Assembly: GCA_024704765.1 (NCBI GenBank)
Contig: JAKMXF010000197.1
Coordinates: forward strand, 1 to 9,041
DNA length: 9,041 bases
Direction: 5' to 3'
Source of the DNA: Oopsacas minuta
Lineage: Eukaryota > Animalia > Porifera
Part shown: piece after piece, positions 6,853 to 9,041 of the stretch
Layout: every line of letters begins with the position of its first letter
Position numbering within the stretch: the stretch's first letter is position 1
Notes under the pieces: generated by a model
Told to the model about the DNA's origin: nothing
The model's input: the letters and a program-made list of their open reading frames with translations, nothing else
Databases searched by the model: none
Translations under genes and position numbers: made by a program

Positions 6853-8527
6853 AGTAAAAAGTAAAATTTTGATAATTATTTATATTGCCTAAAACGTCCG
6901 CCAATCCTCTACCCAATGATACCAATAATGTTTAAATCAGAGGTTTATTAGTGAGTAAATTAGTGATTGATGCTTACGAGGTCGAATACTAGGCCAACTT
7001 CACACTCGTTGTTTTCTTTGATTTCCCAAGAACTTTTCAGCAGCCAATAATTCGTACATCAGCAGAATGAAAAACTTAACGGTTTTGGCTAAATCTCAAT
7101 CTTTATACCATACTATCAAGGTTGTTTTTCAATAAACATTCAATAAATATTTTGTAGCAAAATTTCCAAAATTATGTCGTTCGATGACGTAAAGCTTTCC
7201 GGACCAGAATTGAATTGACAAATATGTTGATCTATGCTGTAAAATGAAATCCTAAACCTAATGTTTGTGTTCAACTGATAATTTACGTATTTCATCTACC
7301 ATTTAAGATTTATTAACAGCCAAAATCTCAAAAATTTTCTGGGAATAGTCTTGAAATTGAACTTCTAACTCATTATTTTACACTAACCGAACGCAAGTAT
7401 TAGCATACCACTAAATATTCAATTGCAATTCCTGTAAATACGGCGAATGTTCGAAATTCGTACCAAAATTTACTTGGAAGATCAATTTAACATTGTTCGT
7501 CAACATTGTCCCGGCTAAATCGATTAATATTTTCTTGCTACAATTTGCTCGTTAACTAGATCATGAACTAATTTCATATATAATTGCAGAATGCTTAGAA
7601 TTCAAATGAGATGGAACAATACTGGCCATATTTGAATTCTATCTGTATTTTCCCGGAATGACAAATCGGATTGTTTAGAGCAATGTTCGTTAACATACTT
7701 GAATTTTTATTTTAGTGACACAAGTGGCAAAAGAACCACATCAATAGAATATGTGCACCAGAATGGAATACAAAACGAAAATCATTTGGGAATTCCGAAA
7801 CTGATTCAGTGATTCTTATTTCTCAAAGTTATAGATGAGCAGAAGATAACAAACAAGCTTTCTGGATTTTCAAAGAAGCCGAACCAAAATGGAGATCAAG
7901 GGATTTTTTCAGATCCTATTGTTACGTGTCTTCAAGTTGAAACGCATTCAACTTCAGATTCTTATACCTCTTCTTCTACTGCGAATTTTAACACGACTCA
8001 TACACAGTCACTATTTGCGAATGTGAATGATTAGTCCAAAAAGGTGACAAAGTGAGGCAGCCTTATAAAATCTTCCCAAAAACCAAACCGGTAGACATTT
8101 TGAATTCAGGTACAATTGCAGGATCTTACACCCCCAACTTTTTTAACTTGGTCAAAAATCCTATATGCACCGTTCAAGAACTCGTTGATAGAAGTTGATA
8201 GAGCTAAAGAACTCCAAAATCGGATTAAAATTGACAAAGTTAAGAAATTATACTCCCTAAGCCAAGTCCTATGGGGAAAATTGTATTACTCACATAGTCA
8301 AATTGTATTGATTTATACATTACAATTACCATAGGAATGCTCATACTGTTGATATTGTGGTTATACACGCTTGTTACTCTACTCTTTCATGTGTCATTTG
8401 TCGCTATTCCGCTATTCAGTGTATTTCACTGCAGGTAATTCTTGTTATTTTGAAGGAAAGCTAGTTATTACATAATTCTGTCTGCAACACTAAATATACA
8501 ATACAACATTGCATTGAATATTTTATA

Positions 8528-8577
8528 CTGTGGCACTTCGATAATTCGACCTAGTTAATGGAATTCCCGATATGACG
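8528..8577 (+). mobile_element. Probable terminus of a pogo/Tigger-like element, interrupted by the Tc1 insertion
   Basis: TA|CTGTGGCACTTCGATAATTCGAC resembles the TA|CAGT..AACCTCGATAATTCGAA terminus pattern recalled for pogo/Tigger-type elements. A second related motif, CCCGATATGACG, ends at the Tc1 target TA (8578-8579). The match is from memory and no partner end is visible. Confidence 0.42.
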
Positions 8578-8579
8578 TA

Positions 8580-8606
8580 CAGTATGTCCCACAATTATTG
8601 GCATTG
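8580..8606. repeat. Terminal inverted repeat of the Tc1 element
   Basis: CAGTATGTCCCACAATTATTGGCATTG directly after TA. The partner is outside the window, so the inner boundary is approximate. Confidence 0.7.
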
Positions 8607-8717
8607 ATTTTAACTATCGATTACTTCTACCCTGTAAAATATTTATTATTTTGAACTTTGTTATATCAATATACTGATGAATAAGAAAGATGTATATGTG
8701 ATCCCACAACGAATAAA

Positions 8718-9041
8718 TTAATATCTAATTTTTCCACCCTTATTATTCAAACAGAGTTTAATTCTTTTCTCCATTGAAAGGCAGAACGGCTGAATAAATT
8801 CAGGATCGAATGATTGCCATATCTTAATAATTCCCTTCTTCAACTGTTATACAGTTTTTGGTGCTCGCACCATCAGTCTTCTTTTGAGTACACCCCATAG
8901 ATTTTCAATAGGAGCTAGATCAGGACTGTTGGGGAGCCAATCAATCCTGTGGGGTACAAATTGGGACTTCCATGCTTTTACCACCTTTCCTGTGTGCACT
9001 GGGCTATTGTCCTCTTGCAAAATCCAAACATTACCATAGAG
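8718..9041 (-). pseudogene. Tc1 transposase C-terminal fragment (DD34E) with one premature stop
   Basis: Manual translation: LYGNVWILQEDNSPVHTGKVVKAWKSQFVPHRIDWLPNSPDLAPIENLWGVLKRRLMVRAPKTV*QLKKGIIKIWQSFDPEFIQPFCLSMEKRIKLCLNNKGGKIRY*. There are 34 residues between D (QED) and E (PIE), and the in-frame TAA is at 8847-8849. It is absent from the ORF track. Confidence 0.93.

Larger units (their letters stand above)
8580..9041 (-). mobile_element. 3' end of a Tc1-family (DD34E) DNA transposon, running off the right edge
   Basis: TA|CAGTATGTCCCACAATTATTGGCA... (TA at 8578-8579) is a Tc1-type CAGT terminus. The transposase C-terminus is at 8718-9041 on the minus strand. Confidence 0.9.

Noticed and set aside
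6975-6990. TACGAGGTCGAATACT resembling a mariner terminus
   Set aside because: The match is limited to about 7 bp, with no partner and no transposase nearby.
8116-8334. 72-aa ORF
   Set aside because: TTG start, no motif, and it lies in sequence resembling decayed non-autonomous repeat DNA.
1-9041. Prokaryotic features (IS630, CRISPR arrays, operons) and tRNA/rRNA genes
   Set aside because: The transposase motifs and TIRs are eukaryotic Tc1/mariner type. No regularly spaced direct repeats or RNA-gene signatures were seen.

Overview
AT-rich eukaryotic DNA (probably an invertebrate; the species cannot be determined from the sequence) made up almost entirely of decayed cut-and-paste DNA transposons. 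No host gene can be supported. From left to right: the 3' end of a mariner (1-254); a possible hAT-type terminus (~551-623); a near-full-length degenerate mariner DD34D pseudogene (680-1746, right TIR ending 1816); a 776-N scaffold gap (1830-2605); an exact Nextera/Tn5 mosaic-end adapter left in the assembly (2641-2659); the 3' part of a Bmmar1-like maT DD37D element (2660-3174); a complete 1306-bp TA-flanked mariner DD34D on the minus strand (3452-4757); a long inverted repeat of about 0.55 kb per arm with a ~0.9-kb spacer (arms ~4758-5293 and ~6231-6852); a probable pogo/Tigger-like terminus (8528-8577); and the 3' end of a Tc1 DD34E element on the minus strand (8580 to the window end). The complete mariner is nested in the left arm of the inverted repeat. 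I found no convincing new biological system. The best leads are the unclassified long-inverted-repeat element, the adapter artefact and the compensated frameshift in the maT catalytic domain.
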